Shown here: positions 46,893 through 56,465 of the stretch, one piece after another | Layout: each line of letters begins with the position of its first letter | How positions within the stretch are numbered: the first letter of the stretch is position 1 | IMG/VR virus record: IMGVR_UViG_3300023719_000001 | Location: 1-64,000 of that record | Origin: a virus | Length of the DNA stretch: 64,000 nt | Strand: one strand, 5' to 3' | Made by a program: the position numbers and the translations under genes | Notes under the pieces: generated by a model | What the model was told of the DNA's origin: nothing | Seen by the model: the letters and a program-made list of their open reading frames with translations, nothing else | Database searches by the model: none

Positions 46893-46947
46893 ATATATTA
46901 TACATCTTTTTGTTGTTGTAAAAGTTTAAAATTTTAGATGATGCCAT

Positions 46948-47574
46948 TCACTCGGCATCATCCACAACCAGTTCCGCGTTGTAATAGAACCTATGTGCGC
47001 CAAATTGTCCAGCGAACGTTGCTCCGCGCTCGTGCCAACTGCCGGAAGCTGCCGCCGGGGTCACAAACCATTGAATTGGTTTGTCTGAAATTTTAGCGCC
47101 GTAATCAAACACCATAGACACAGCCAATTCGTTCTCTGCCGTCACCTTCCTATTATATAAGGAACTATAACCATACTTCTTAAAGACCTGCTGGATGGTT
47201 AGACCATCAAGTACGGCAGAATCATAAAGACATTGAGCCACAGCCATCTGACCTTCTAGGCTATCAGCACCTGCTTCACAAGCAACGATCTGCTCCGCAA
47301 GAGCACGCTCATCATTAGTGAGTTCGCGCTTTCCCTGACTGAAGTTTACCACACGCGTTTCGATAACAGTTTTTACGATGACTTCTGGTTCCTTTTCCTC
47401 TTGCTGCACAACACTTACTGCCGGAGGACTACTATTATAAAGGTACGAATTGCTCTGATTTTGAATTACCGGGCTGATCTTCGATACCAGATTCCCTGCC
47501 AGCAAGCACATTATACACACAATGGCAACACTTTGCTCACAATTTATTAACAAATTAGAGTTAATGAAAATCAC
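46948..47574 (-). CDS. SleB/CwlJ-family cell wall hydrolase (candidate endolysin) with N-terminal signal-anchor
   Basis: 208 aa; Hydrolase_2-like EGQMAVAQCLYD and C-terminal WHERG...GAHRFY; hydrophobic N-terminus. Confidence 0.6.
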   Translation of the reverse strand: MIFINSNLLINCEQSVAIVCIMCLLAGNLVSKISPVIQNQSNSYLYNSSPPAVSVVQQEEKEPEVIVKTVIETRVVNFSQGKRELTNDERALAEQIVACEAGADSLEGQMAVAQCLYDSAVLDGLTIQQVFKKYGYSSLYNRKVTAENELAVSMVFDYGAKISDKPIQWFVTPAAASGSWHERGATFAGQFGAHRFYYNAELVVDDAE

Positions 47575-47595
47575 TTCCCTTCAAAAATATTGGTT

Positions 47596-47787
47596 TTATA
47601 AGCTGCGCAAAAATTCATACAGCTCAATTTCACCTTGCAGCCAAACGATATCTCCGCCAGCCTTCAAATACACCGAATAGATCTTATCAGGATGCTCGAA
47701 GATAGATTCTACCTTCTTAGCTGCGTTCCGATCAATAAGTACACTACTCATAGTCTTATTCTCCTTCTTCAAAACGCATATCCACAC
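47596..47787 (-). CDS. hypothetical protein
   Basis: 63-aa ORF. Confidence 0.3.
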   Translation of the reverse strand: MWICVLKKENKTMSSVLIDRNAAKKVESIFEHPDKIYSVYLKAGGDIVWLQGEIELYEFLRSL

Positions 47788-48104
47788 ACATTATTATGCA
47801 GCGGCGGTTCAATCTCGAATGCTGTGTCACTCTCAGCATCATATTTAAACCACCTCGTCAATTCTGGTCTTGGATACAGACCTTCCTCGTATCCTTCAAC
47901 GACTGCGTAGTTGTAACAATGTTCAAAGATGTCAGTCACGTTTTCCTTAACAACTCGAATAGCCTCTGCTAAATCTGTAAAGAATCCAGCAATCCAACTG
48001 TCGTCCGGCATCCAGTAGATGCCTTTGGTATTTGACACTGGCGAACTAAATTTCGCATTCTGCTCGTTCTTAAACGAGTCAATCATTGTTACGGTATAAA
48101 TCAT
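47769..48104 (-). CDS. hypothetical protein
   Basis: trimmed to the internal Met MIYTVTMID to avoid overlapping the upstream gene. Confidence 0.35.
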   Translation of the reverse strand: MIYTVTMIDSFKNEQNAKFSSPVSNTKGIYWMPDDSWIAGFFTDLAEAIRVVKENVTDIFEHCYNYAVVEGYEEGLYPRPELTRWFKYDAESDTAFEIEPPLHNNVCGYAF

Positions 48105-48105
48105 T

Positions 48106-48324
48106 TTAAAACACCTTATTATCAAAATGTACTCTATCTTCAACTGGTTCCTGTAACCATACAATCCATTCAAATTTATTCTTGGGATAACGGTCTGGAT
48201 ACTTCTGAATGTTCTCAAGAAACTTTTCAAGCCCCATAATGTCTATCTTTCTAATTGCGTCAAGTCGAGTCACTTCATGTTTGTTCTTTTCATGATTTGT
48301 TTCGCTCATAATATTTTCCTCCAT
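48106..48324 (-). CDS. hypothetical protein
   Basis: 72-aa ORF. Confidence 0.3.
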   Translation of the reverse strand: MEENIMSETNHEKNKHEVTRLDAIRKIDIMGLEKFLENIQKYPDRYPKNKFEWIVWLQEPVEDRVHFDNKVF

Positions 48325-48337
48325 TAAATCTTAGTTT

Positions 48338-48568
48338 TTATTCGACTCGCTTATTCCACGCTTCGATAAGGTCGGCTTTGATTCTTTCCTTGTCTTTTTC
48401 AGAGGAATCAAAGTAGTAAGTTTTGCTTTCCATGAAAACATGGCAGTTGCACCTATTTTCTTTGTTTCCTCTCGTAACATACATCCATCGTGTTTGGCGA
48501 TAACTGCCCTCTGCAACGGTAACTTCTCCACCACAAAAAGGACACGGCTTTAATTTATATTCACTCAT
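48338..48568 (-). CDS. Lar-family restriction-alleviation-like protein
   Basis: 76 aa; N-terminal LKPCPFCGG zinc-ribbon signature of the Lar family (from memory). Confidence 0.4.
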   Translation of the reverse strand: MSEYKLKPCPFCGGEVTVAEGSYRQTRWMYVTRGNKENRCNCHVFMESKTYYFDSSEKDKERIKADLIEAWNKRVE

Positions 48569-48615
48569 AACTATGTCTCCCTAAATCTCAGCATTTATTA
48601 GACATACCTTTTCAC

Positions 48616-48831
48616 TCAAAAGTTATCCAAATCATTTTTAGCAGCTAACACATTATAATGAATTTCATGCTCGTGTCCTTTTACAGAATCATTTAATCTT
48701 TTAGCGATCCTTTCCGCTCCTTGTTTTGAAAATTGCCAACTTGCCGTTTTATCTTTTGTCCATCCATCTATACATTTATATTTTTTGTACTCAATACCAT
48801 TTTTTGTGGTTTTAATTACATAGAATTTCAT
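48616..48831 (-). CDS. hypothetical protein
   Basis: 71-aa ORF. Confidence 0.3.
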   Translation of the reverse strand: MKFYVIKTTKNGIEYKKYKCIDGWTKDKTASWQFSKQGAERIAKRLNDSVKGHEHEIHYNVLAAKNDLDNF

Positions 48832-48862
48832 AGAATCCTCCTAGAACTTAACTTTTATCACA

Positions 48863-49162
48863 TCAACTACGTTCTTTAATCAAACCATTAGCCGATGCCT
48901 CTGCTCTTAATTTTATGAGTTCTTTCTTTGTTTCAAAATTTTTCTCATATCTTTCCATAAAAGCCCGAACGTTCATGTTCTTCTGGTTATTCGGAAAGAT
49001 AAATTCGTCTAAAATACCATCTTTTGTTACCGTATAAATATCCTTTGATGTATACTGTTTTTTCAATTTCACCTCAAAGCCATGTTTTAATAGCCAAGAG
49101 ATAGCTAGTTCCTCTTGTTTATTAAAGTCCCATTTTTTATTTTCAAGTCCTTGTAAATTCAT
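48863..49162 (-). CDS. hypothetical protein
   Basis: 99 aa; sigma70-like promoter (TTGACG-17-TATGCT) upstream at ~49190-49225. Confidence 0.35.
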   Translation of the reverse strand: MNLQGLENKKWDFNKQEELAISWLLKHGFEVKLKKQYTSKDIYTVTKDGILDEFIFPNNQKNMNVRAFMERYEKNFETKKELIKLRAEASANGLIKERS

Positions 49163-49270
49163 AAGTCCACCTCATTCCATGTTTGCGCATTCTGTGGTTA
49201 TGCAAAGCATAACAGCATAACCAGTTATCGTCAAGCTTTTTTCAGTAATTTCATAAGAACCCGGATTTTA

Positions 49271-49498
49271 TCACTTTCCATCCAATGCATCCTCAAGCTT
49301 GCCGTTGATAGAATCGATTTCTCGCATTAACCTGCAGAACCAATCCCCATCTTTATCAAGCCTAAAACACAGATCCTTGTCTCCGCTCTTATAACCCATA
49401 TAGCATCCAGACCGGCACAGGCTTGTCACATCAAGTGCGTCTTGTATAACTCGTGCTTCATTGAGAGTCAAATCAATCTTCATCTTGTTTCTCTCCAA
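49271..49498 (-). CDS. hypothetical protein
   Basis: 75-aa ORF. Confidence 0.3.
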   Translation of the reverse strand: MERNKMKIDLTLNEARVIQDALDVTSLCRSGCYMGYKSGDKDLCFRLDKDGDWFCRLMREIDSINGKLEDALDGK

Positions 49499-49743
49499 TC
49501 AAACTTCTGACCACAATCTCTGCAATAGTGATCATACCTACTTGCAATTACCGTATTGCATTTGGGACAGCGAAAACTTCCATACTTCGGATCAACGACA
49601 ACTTTTTCACCCTCAATACGGCTGAAATAGTCATCAAGTACATCACTCAAAATTATCTTCCCGCGCCAGCCGAGGTCATTCTGCTGAATATTCTTCGTGA
49701 GAATTCGATATGCGCTAATGATTTCACGCTTTGTGTATTTCAT
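49480..49743 (-). CDS. hypothetical zinc-ribbon protein
   Basis: 87 aa; CPKC...CRDCG. Confidence 0.35.
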   Translation of the reverse strand: MKYTKREIISAYRILTKNIQQNDLGWRGKIILSDVLDDYFSRIEGEKVVVDPKYGSFRCPKCNTVIASRYDHYCRDCGQKFDWRETR

Positions 49744-49746
49744 GTT

Positions 49747-50265
49747 TTACTCCTCTACCATATCTTTATTTACAGTATTCCATATCTCAGTTGAAACACT
49801 TTCATTTTCATCAGACAGACGGTTAATCCAAGCATTCAACACCTCTCTGTACACCGTCATATTCGGGCAGAAGTAGCTGTTTGTAAATACCGGCATATCA
49901 TCATTACACAGAATTCTCATAACAGCAGCGCACACGGCTGCGGATCTTGATACGCCAGCACCACAATTCACGCAGAACCAATCTGTCTTATCTTCCTCAT
50001 GGTTGTCCAGAACAAAATTCACGATATTCTTAGCTTGAACATCAGTGATACAGGTGCCTTCTAAATCAGTAGTGCAATCATCAAACTTCAGCGGTAGAAA
50101 AGTAATGTTGCCCTCACACTTATGAAAATCAATATGATGACCATTAGCTTCTGTGATTAAAATAAACCGAATCCGTTCAAAATGTGGCTGTCGGATAAAG
50201 TCTTCTGCATCTTCTGCACTCATCACCGAGAATTTCCATTTTCTTCGATACATAGTAACAATCAT
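49747..50265 (-). CDS. dual-specificity / tyrosine protein phosphatase-like
   Basis: 172 aa; PTP loop VNCGAGVSRSAA (C-x5-R). Confidence 0.5.
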   Translation of the reverse strand: MIVTMYRRKWKFSVMSAEDAEDFIRQPHFERIRFILITEANGHHIDFHKCEGNITFLPLKFDDCTTDLEGTCITDVQAKNIVNFVLDNHEEDKTDWFCVNCGAGVSRSAAVCAAVMRILCNDDMPVFTNSYFCPNMTVYREVLNAWINRLSDENESVSTEIWNTVNKDMVEE

Positions 50266-50447
50266 TTCTCATCATCCTTCTTTAACAACACTTGTTTTAA
50301 ATATTCTGGTGTTAGTTCTCTTATCGTTCCATCCTCTTCTTGAATCATTGGCACCTTATACTTCGACGAAAATGGGACATTATACTTTTTACAAAGTTCT
50401 AAAAATAATTCGCAGTCAAACATTTCTATTCAATCCTTCCAAAGAAT

Positions 50448-50663
50448 TTAGGTTTTATCAAAATCCTCTTTGATACATTCTTCTCTTGCTTTTTCAAGTG
50501 TTTCTTCTACGATTCTTATTGCAATATCAATACCACGCATCTTACCATGATAATAAAGCCTATCGCCATCCTTTTTACCATTAAGTCCAGCATCAAAGTG
50601 TTCCTGTGATGCTTTATCAAACTCTTCTCTAAGATGATTATAAATTTCTGTTAGTTGCCCCAT
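50448..50663 (-). CDS. hypothetical protein
   Basis: 71-aa ORF. Confidence 0.3.
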   Translation of the reverse strand: MGQLTEIYNHLREEFDKASQEHFDAGLNGKKDGDRLYYHGKMRGIDIAIRIVEETLEKAREECIKEDFDKT

Positions 50664-50949
50664 ATTTACACCTCCAACTCAAAACGCAAACGGATTACTA
50701 TTCACTGCTATTATCAACGCCACATTAAAAGCAAACATTACAAACGCGGTCATTCTCTATCACCTCAATCTCTAAATTCAATATCGACAACAATATTCTC
50801 GGGCTCTGTCATGTACCTTCGTGCCAGCAGATCTACCATGCGTTCCTTGTCCCCAAGATTGCTATTACGCAAAAGATACGAACAAACTTGCCTACCTCTA
50901 TACAAGAACACAGCCCATGCATTTCTCCTCAATGGGTTTGTTGTGTTAA

Positions 50950-51294
50950 TCATTCCATCGCTTCCTCCAGAGATGTGGTCACATCACCAAAGTCAAAATC
51001 CAGAGCACCAATCATATCATTCAGCGCATCCACAGCATCAGACAGATTCGTACAAGCATCATCTGCTCTATCGTACCGCTCACTCCCTTGCAGATTCTCC
51101 GGCATATTATCACGATACTCTTCTTCTTCCCACTGAATATCCTCAACGTCAGACTTTACACTTTCGACCTCTGCTACAAGCTCTTCCAGCTTCTTACGGA
51201 TGGAACAAAAACGGTCAATGGTCTGCTTGATAGCTTTTCTACGAGTGTTGTTCATTTTCAAATCTCCTTTTAATCTACGATGCCAAGCTTGCAA
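50950..51294 (-). CDS. hypothetical coiled-coil protein
   Basis: 114-aa ORF. Confidence 0.35.
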   Translation of the reverse strand: MQAWHRRLKGDLKMNNTRRKAIKQTIDRFCSIRKKLEELVAEVESVKSDVEDIQWEEEEYRDNMPENLQGSERYDRADDACTNLSDAVDALNDMIGALDFDFGDVTTSLEEAME

Positions 51295-51671
51295 ATGTTT
51301 TTCGGATCAGTGATATAACCAAACGTCAACGTGTTTCGCAGATACCCCTTATACTCAAATCCACGATCACGAGCTGCCAGACGGCACACATCTCGAATCG
51401 CAGATTCTCTCGGCCAAGAGATGCCAGCCAGCTGATACTTCCACTGAAGATCTCTCAGCTTCTGCCACTCAATCACAGGCTTCTTTTCATTCTCAAAACA
51501 TAAACCGTTCTGCACGGCATACTTCAAAGCATCACACCGCTTACTCTCTTCCGATGTACAAGTGCCCCATTCGTTTTCGAGACGGCGATATGCCCTATCG
51601 AACGGTGCTTGCTTTACCGCATCAATACCAAACGCTGCTCCAAGCAAACCCAAACCAAGTAACAACCCCAT
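51270..51671 (-). CDS. hypothetical secreted/membrane protein
   Basis: 133 aa; Gly/Leu-rich N-terminal hydrophobic segment. Confidence 0.35.
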   Translation of the reverse strand: MGLLLGLGLLGAAFGIDAVKQAPFDRAYRRLENEWGTCTSEESKRCDALKYAVQNGLCFENEKKPVIEWQKLRDLQWKYQLAGISWPRESAIRDVCRLAARDRGFEYKGYLRNTLTFGYITDPKNICKLGIVD

Positions 51672-51686
51672 AATTCAAACCTCCAT

Positions 51687-52379
51687 TCATGCTGTTTCCA
51701 GCTCTCTTTTAACCAGCGGACGACGTTTTGTTGCGTTTTTTAGCCAATCGTTTCCACTGGGAGCTTGTCTATCCACTCTTGTATTGCGACCACAACCAGT
51801 CGGACACACCCGGCGATAATCATCGGCAGTCTTGCAACCAAGAGATTCCGCTTCATCCAGAGCTTTTCGCACATAAGCCCATGTACTACCACCTAGATCA
51901 GAACACTTTCCAATCACAGCAAGTACAAGTTCATCGCCCATGCGCTCAACATATTCTGCCAAAGCCTTCTTTCCTGCAACACCGAGCTTTCCGATGTCCT
52001 CTCGAAAGACATCCTCGATAGATTTCGTCGTTGTCGCTTCATCACTAGACGAAGACGATATCTTATCTTTTTCTTTCTCTTTTTCTTTTTCTAGCTTGCT
52101 CTTGCTTGCGTTTGCTTCGTTTTGCTTACGCTTGCTTTCACCGCCAGCTTTTCCAGAAATGCGCTTACCTTCGATGTATTCGGCATCTTTAATTAAATCT
52201 CTCTTTACAGCAGGCCACACATACCGCTCATTTCCGTTGAGTTCAGGCTCCATTCCAGACGATTTATATTTCATCATCGCCAGTACTAGACGCCCCACCT
52301 CAGCAGCACTAAGGGGCTCAAAGTAGCTCTCATAAGTATCCCAGATTTTAATATAAGTATCAGCCATAACACACCTCAA
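51687..52379 (-). CDS. DnaD-domain replication-initiation-like protein
   Basis: 230 aa; C-terminal WAYVRKALDEAESLGCKT resembles the DnaD domain; Lys/Glu/Ser-rich linker. Confidence 0.4.
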   Translation of the reverse strand: MRCVMADTYIKIWDTYESYFEPLSAAEVGRLVLAMMKYKSSGMEPELNGNERYVWPAVKRDLIKDAEYIEGKRISGKAGGESKRKQNEANASKSKLEKEKEKEKDKISSSSSDEATTTKSIEDVFREDIGKLGVAGKKALAEYVERMGDELVLAVIGKCSDLGGSTWAYVRKALDEAESLGCKTADDYRRVCPTGCGRNTRVDRQAPSGNDWLKNATKRRPLVKRELETA

Positions 52380-53245
52380 GAGTTTTCATGGCAGTCCACG
52401 CCATAATCAATCCCAGAGTAGTATTCATCATCCACTTCTTCATCCAGACCAATATAGCGAAGCGTAATTGCCTGACTACTGTGATTTAGACTATACTGCA
52501 ACCACGCAAGAGCTTTTATGTCATTTGGACGAGATGCAATAAACTGATATCCGAAAGTTTTGCGGCAGCTATGAGAACCAAGCTGGACAGGAAGATTTAG
52601 CTCCTTACCAACTTGACGCATGATTCTACCAAAAGAATCCACATCAAGCGGATCGCCCATTTCTTTTGGATTTGCATCATACTTACGGAACACATCAGAT
52701 TTACTTACGCTTGTTCCACCGTTTGTTCTCATGGAGTTCTTCCAACTGCCTTGCCGAGACGGGAAGAGCCAATCGTCATAAGACAATCCATCAATATTGA
52801 TATAAGTTTGAATACACTTTAGTGCCGGGACCGGAACTTTAAGAATGCGATACTTATTTGTTTTCTTTTCCTTAACACGAAGTTTTGCGTTGAAATTCAC
52901 CACAACCTTTCCATTCATATCTGTAGCTGCTACATCAGAAACCTTCAAACGAAGCAAATCACTTGCTCTGAATCCTGTGCAACATCCTACATTAAACAAA
53001 CACCAGTTGCGGTACTGACGTTTAATCCAGAAATATTCTGAAATACGTTTAATATCTTCTTTGTCCTTAATCGGCTGAACCGTTCCATGATTCGCTTCCA
53101 TCCGAGTCAGGTTATAATTCCTTTTGATTACTTTCTGGTGCCTTTCTTCTTTAGAAGAATCATATTCAGAAAAATCAAAAGCAACCGTATTCTCGTTTTT
53201 CTTTTCATTCTCAAGTGCGTTCATTACATTCACCTCAAATTCCAT
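52376..53245 (-). CDS. tyrosine recombinase (phage integrase family)
   Basis: 289 aa; GFRASDLLRL (box I Arg), HSCRKTFG (H-x-x-R), LNHSSQAITLRY (GHS...Y). Confidence 0.6.
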   Translation of the reverse strand: MEFEVNVMNALENEKKNENTVAFDFSEYDSSKEERHQKVIKRNYNLTRMEANHGTVQPIKDKEDIKRISEYFWIKRQYRNWCLFNVGCCTGFRASDLLRLKVSDVAATDMNGKVVVNFNAKLRVKEKKTNKYRILKVPVPALKCIQTYINIDGLSYDDWLFPSRQGSWKNSMRTNGGTSVSKSDVFRKYDANPKEMGDPLDVDSFGRIMRQVGKELNLPVQLGSHSCRKTFGYQFIASRPNDIKALAWLQYSLNHSSQAITLRYIGLDEEVDDEYYSGIDYGVDCHENS

Positions 53246-53459
53246 ACTTCAAACAGTATTTTCCGTAAGATAATCCCTCTGCATCTGCCATTCTTACAAT
53301 CTCAACAAATGTTGGTTTATGTTTCTTTTTATTCTTGCATCGAATGGATGCCTCATTTCTTATTATCTTACGACATTTATCACAATAGAGCTTTCCACAT
53401 TTAGGGCCATACCATGTAATGCCACAGCGATTACACGTTATGTTTCCATATACCATCAT
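53235..53459 (-). CDS. hypothetical zinc-ribbon protein
   Basis: 74 aa; CNRCG...CDKC. Confidence 0.35.
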   Translation of the reverse strand: MMVYGNITCNRCGITWYGPKCGKLYCDKCRKIIRNEASIRCKNKKKHKPTFVEIVRMADAEGLSYGKYCLKYGI

Positions 53460-53462
53460 AAT

Positions 53463-53732
53463 TCACACCTCAAACTTGTCAATTTTCCAATGATGTCGAT
53501 AGTAATTTCCAGAGCTCCCACTAACAACGGACGCCTCACATGAATCACACCACGTTTCGTCCTGGTTCACACTATTTCCTTCCGAGTCCCGGCAATCCTT
53601 ATAAAGCGAGAACATCTTTTCAGACAACTTCTCTTTATCTTTGTTAATGGTAATAATATTACCTTCCGCGTAGAAATCGCTAGAATCAATACATTCATGT
53701 AAAATACGAATCGTCATTTTTATGTACCTCAA
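53463..53732 (-). CDS. hypothetical protein
   Basis: 89-aa ORF. Confidence 0.35.
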   Translation of the reverse strand: MRYIKMTIRILHECIDSSDFYAEGNIITINKDKEKLSEKMFSLYKDCRDSEGNSVNQDETWCDSCEASVVSGSSGNYYRHHWKIDKFEV

Positions 53733-54352
53733 TTCTTTTCAAACAGATCGTTGCGAACTTTCGGAGTAAACTGACGAGTGTCAAGTTGCTCAATGGCAGT
53801 CTCAAGCCGACTATGACCCCAATCATTGTTGTTTCGACGACTCATCGCAATCTCAATTAGAAACTTTGCATCCTTGGCTTCTCTCCTCTTACGACGAGCC
53901 TTCTTTAATTCCGCCATAAGTTGATAACCTTGCGCTGCGTTCACTGTTTTGAACTCAATTGCGTGTTCAATATCAGCAATCTCATCACTAGCCGCAGTTA
54001 AATCACTGTAGACTTTGGCATATAAATCATCGAGGCTGGCCATGGTTTTGTCTGTGACCTCAAGATTTTTCTTCAACTCTATCAGCCATTCAGAATCTTT
54101 CATATGAAATGCGTATGTATTCGGCTTTACAACCTGATTTGTTATATTCGGACTCTTATTTGCAGCTTCGATTTCATCCATTGATTTCGGCACATAGTAT
54201 CCGTTCTTATACCCGGCGGGAAGCTTGTTGATTTCACAAATCGCCAGTCCCTTAGATTCAAACTGTAACGCTAGGTTAATATCACAAGTTGCACAGATTC
54301 GACCTCCCTTCCGTTTCATAATATAGTTGTGCCCATTCGATATTACGTACAT
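53729..54352 (-). CDS. hypothetical protein
   Basis: 207-aa ORF. Confidence 0.4.
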   Translation of the reverse strand: MYVISNGHNYIMKRKGGRICATCDINLALQFESKGLAICEINKLPAGYKNGYYVPKSMDEIEAANKSPNITNQVVKPNTYAFHMKDSEWLIELKKNLEVTDKTMASLDDLYAKVYSDLTAASDEIADIEHAIEFKTVNAAQGYQLMAELKKARRKRREAKDAKFLIEIAMSRRNNNDWGHSRLETAIEQLDTRQFTPKVRNDLFEKN

Positions 54353-55654
54353 TTACTTGTTCTCCTGTTCTTTCATCAGCTGCTTTACAGCCTTTTTAAA
54401 CAGTGCAAGATTCTTTTCACTTTCGATAAACACCTTCGTTTTCGGACTTGGTGCTTTACCATGAGCCTTCTCGTAAGCAATAAACAAATTATTCATCTTC
54501 TTATAACCAATACGCTCATAGATTAGGGTATAAGTGTGCTTATATTGTGGCTTGTCACCAAGTTTTTCCGCCAGAGGCATCATGATTGGAAAAAGAATCT
54601 TCGCCGTCTCACTCTGTTTCTTAGGCTTATCTTCTACAACTTCTTTGACTACTGCGTCAACAATAGGACCATCGCTCACGTTTACTTCAGAAACAGCTTC
54701 GACAGCCTTTGGAGTCAGACGAAGTTCATTCTGATTCTGATGCAGACGTTCAATAGATGCCGCGTACATATCTGCGACAACAGCACCCATAACGGATTTC
54801 CAAGTGGAGTCCTCTTCGATAATATCAATCGTAGAGATTTTCCCACTACGATTCGTTCTTTTAACATACTTCGCACGAGCGTCTTCCAAAACGAAACCAT
54901 AATTACGATTCAGATATTCATATATCTTGTGAAGCGTTTCCTTATTCGTATAGCCTTTGGTATTTGCAATCACACCAATCTTGCTATACAAATCTTTACG
55001 CCAGTCACTCATTTCATCCTGAAACACATTGCGAGGAGTATAGCTCTTAGCACGAATCGAATTATCCATCTGCTTATCCTTAATCTGATGGACACACTGA
55101 GACACGCTGCTGATTATATTCAGTGCTTCGTTGCTAGTAGCACGAGCTTCCTCAATCTGGTCACCGAGCTCCTTGCGAGTGGAATCAAGTTCACTCTGAA
55201 GGTTCTTCATGCTATCAAACAGAGCGTGAAGTCTTACATCAATGAACTCCTTACTCAGTGCAGCATCCATCTGAGGAGTAGCCAGAACGGAATCGCCACG
55301 CATCAGAGATTCCATAATGTCCCAGCAGAAATCCATAAACGCATCCGCCTTCGGCTGACGAGACAAACGACAGATTTCCATAACACCACGCAAACTGTAC
55401 ATATATGTTTGACGTTCTTGCGTATAATTTCCGACCTCAGTCGTCAAATTGACGACCGAGCTCAACGGGTCAAGACGGTCTGCATTACGCTCATGAATCT
55501 TCGCAATGTACTTCCGAGGTTCTTTACATTCCAGTGCTCGCCCAATCTGTTCACGGGTCATATAATACTGGTGTTTATCATTCTGGTACACGTCCACATT
55601 CAGTGCGCCGAATGGCTTAGAGGTTATTACAGTCATAGAATTGTTAGTAGTCAT
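54353..55654 (-). CDS. ant: phage antirepressor (Bro-N domain + KilA-C-like C-terminus)
   Basis: 433 aa; N-terminal Bro-N-like FGALNVDVYQNDKHQYYMTREQIGRALE. Confidence 0.55.
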   Translation of the reverse strand: MTTNNSMTVITSKPFGALNVDVYQNDKHQYYMTREQIGRALECKEPRKYIAKIHERNADRLDPLSSVVNLTTEVGNYTQERQTYMYSLRGVMEICRLSRQPKADAFMDFCWDIMESLMRGDSVLATPQMDAALSKEFIDVRLHALFDSMKNLQSELDSTRKELGDQIEEARATSNEALNIISSVSQCVHQIKDKQMDNSIRAKSYTPRNVFQDEMSDWRKDLYSKIGVIANTKGYTNKETLHKIYEYLNRNYGFVLEDARAKYVKRTNRSGKISTIDIIEEDSTWKSVMGAVVADMYAASIERLHQNQNELRLTPKAVEAVSEVNVSDGPIVDAVVKEVVEDKPKKQSETAKILFPIMMPLAEKLGDKPQYKHTYTLIYERIGYKKMNNLFIAYEKAHGKAPSPKTKVFIESEKNLALFKKAVKQLMKEQENK

Positions 55655-55673
55655 TTTGTTTTACTCCCTCCGC

Positions 55674-55925
55674 TCACTCTTTAATCATAAGTTGTTCTTT
55701 AGTCCAGCGCATCATCCTAGTGTATTCATCCGTAGACGTATTTTCCCAGATAAAGACCCTGCCTTCGCCAGTTTCTTTATCAATTTCCGTACAAGATAAA
55801 TCAATTTGAACGCCATCTTCTCTCTGAAGATAAATATAAATTCCTGGATAATCCTTATAATCTCCACCAGCTTCAGCAACCAGTTTTCCGATGGGCGTGT
55901 CAATTTCAAATCTCTTTTCATTCAT
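55674..55925 (-). CDS. hypothetical protein
   Basis: 83-aa ORF. Confidence 0.35.
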   Translation of the reverse strand: MNEKRFEIDTPIGKLVAEAGGDYKDYPGIYIYLQREDGVQIDLSCTEIDKETGEGRVFIWENTSTDEYTRMMRWTKEQLMIKE

Positions 55926-55954
55926 ATTACTATCTCCTTAGAAGAACTGTTTTA

Positions 55955-56215
55955 TCAAATCTCTACGATTTTCCACCAATCGTATGCGTCACAAGCATCA
56001 ATACGAATATCACCTTTTAATCGCAAAACACTAAAATTCTGTTCACCGTTTTCATCTTCATAATATCTACAATAATGATTTACAAGAATATCGTCCACTT
56101 GTTTGTTCATTTCACTTTCCGCCTCAAGAATCGTATTGAAACCCTTTTTATAAACAACTTCTGGGAGAAATGAACCCTCACCTTTTGCAATATAAATATT
56201 GATAAGCAAAAACAT
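55955..56215 (-). CDS. hypothetical protein
   Basis: 86-aa ORF. Confidence 0.35.
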   Translation of the reverse strand: MFLLINIYIAKGEGSFLPEVVYKKGFNTILEAESEMNKQVDDILVNHYCRYYEDENGEQNFSVLRLKGDIRIDACDAYDWWKIVEI

Positions 56216-56229
56216 TTTATTTTCTCCTT

Positions 56230-56463
56230 TTAAAACTGATATTTCCAGAACAACTTTGCGTTGCCGGTGATGGTCTGCAAAAAACCAATGTATTCGTCAA
56301 AGGAGCACACGCCATTCATTTTCAGCTTGCGTGCTCCCACAACTCGTGCGGCCATCTTCGGATCATAATCAACAGCATCAATAAATGCACTGTCAACCAT
56401 CTTCTGCTCAAACATACTGTCGACCATCTTCTGCTCAAACATTTTGATTTCGTTAGTGTCCAT
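56230..56463 (-). CDS. hypothetical protein with internal 9-aa tandem repeat (MFEQKMVDS x2)
   Basis: 77 aa; 27-nt direct DNA duplication around 56385-56440. Confidence 0.35.
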   Translation of the reverse strand: MDTNEIKMFEQKMVDSMFEQKMVDSAFIDAVDYDPKMAARVVGARKLKMNGVCSFDEYIGFLQTITGNAKLFWKYQF

Positions 56464-56465
56464 TT

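Noticed and set aside
54536-55684. 382-aa plus-strand ORF
   Set aside because: Antisense to the antirepressor gene; low-complexity composition.
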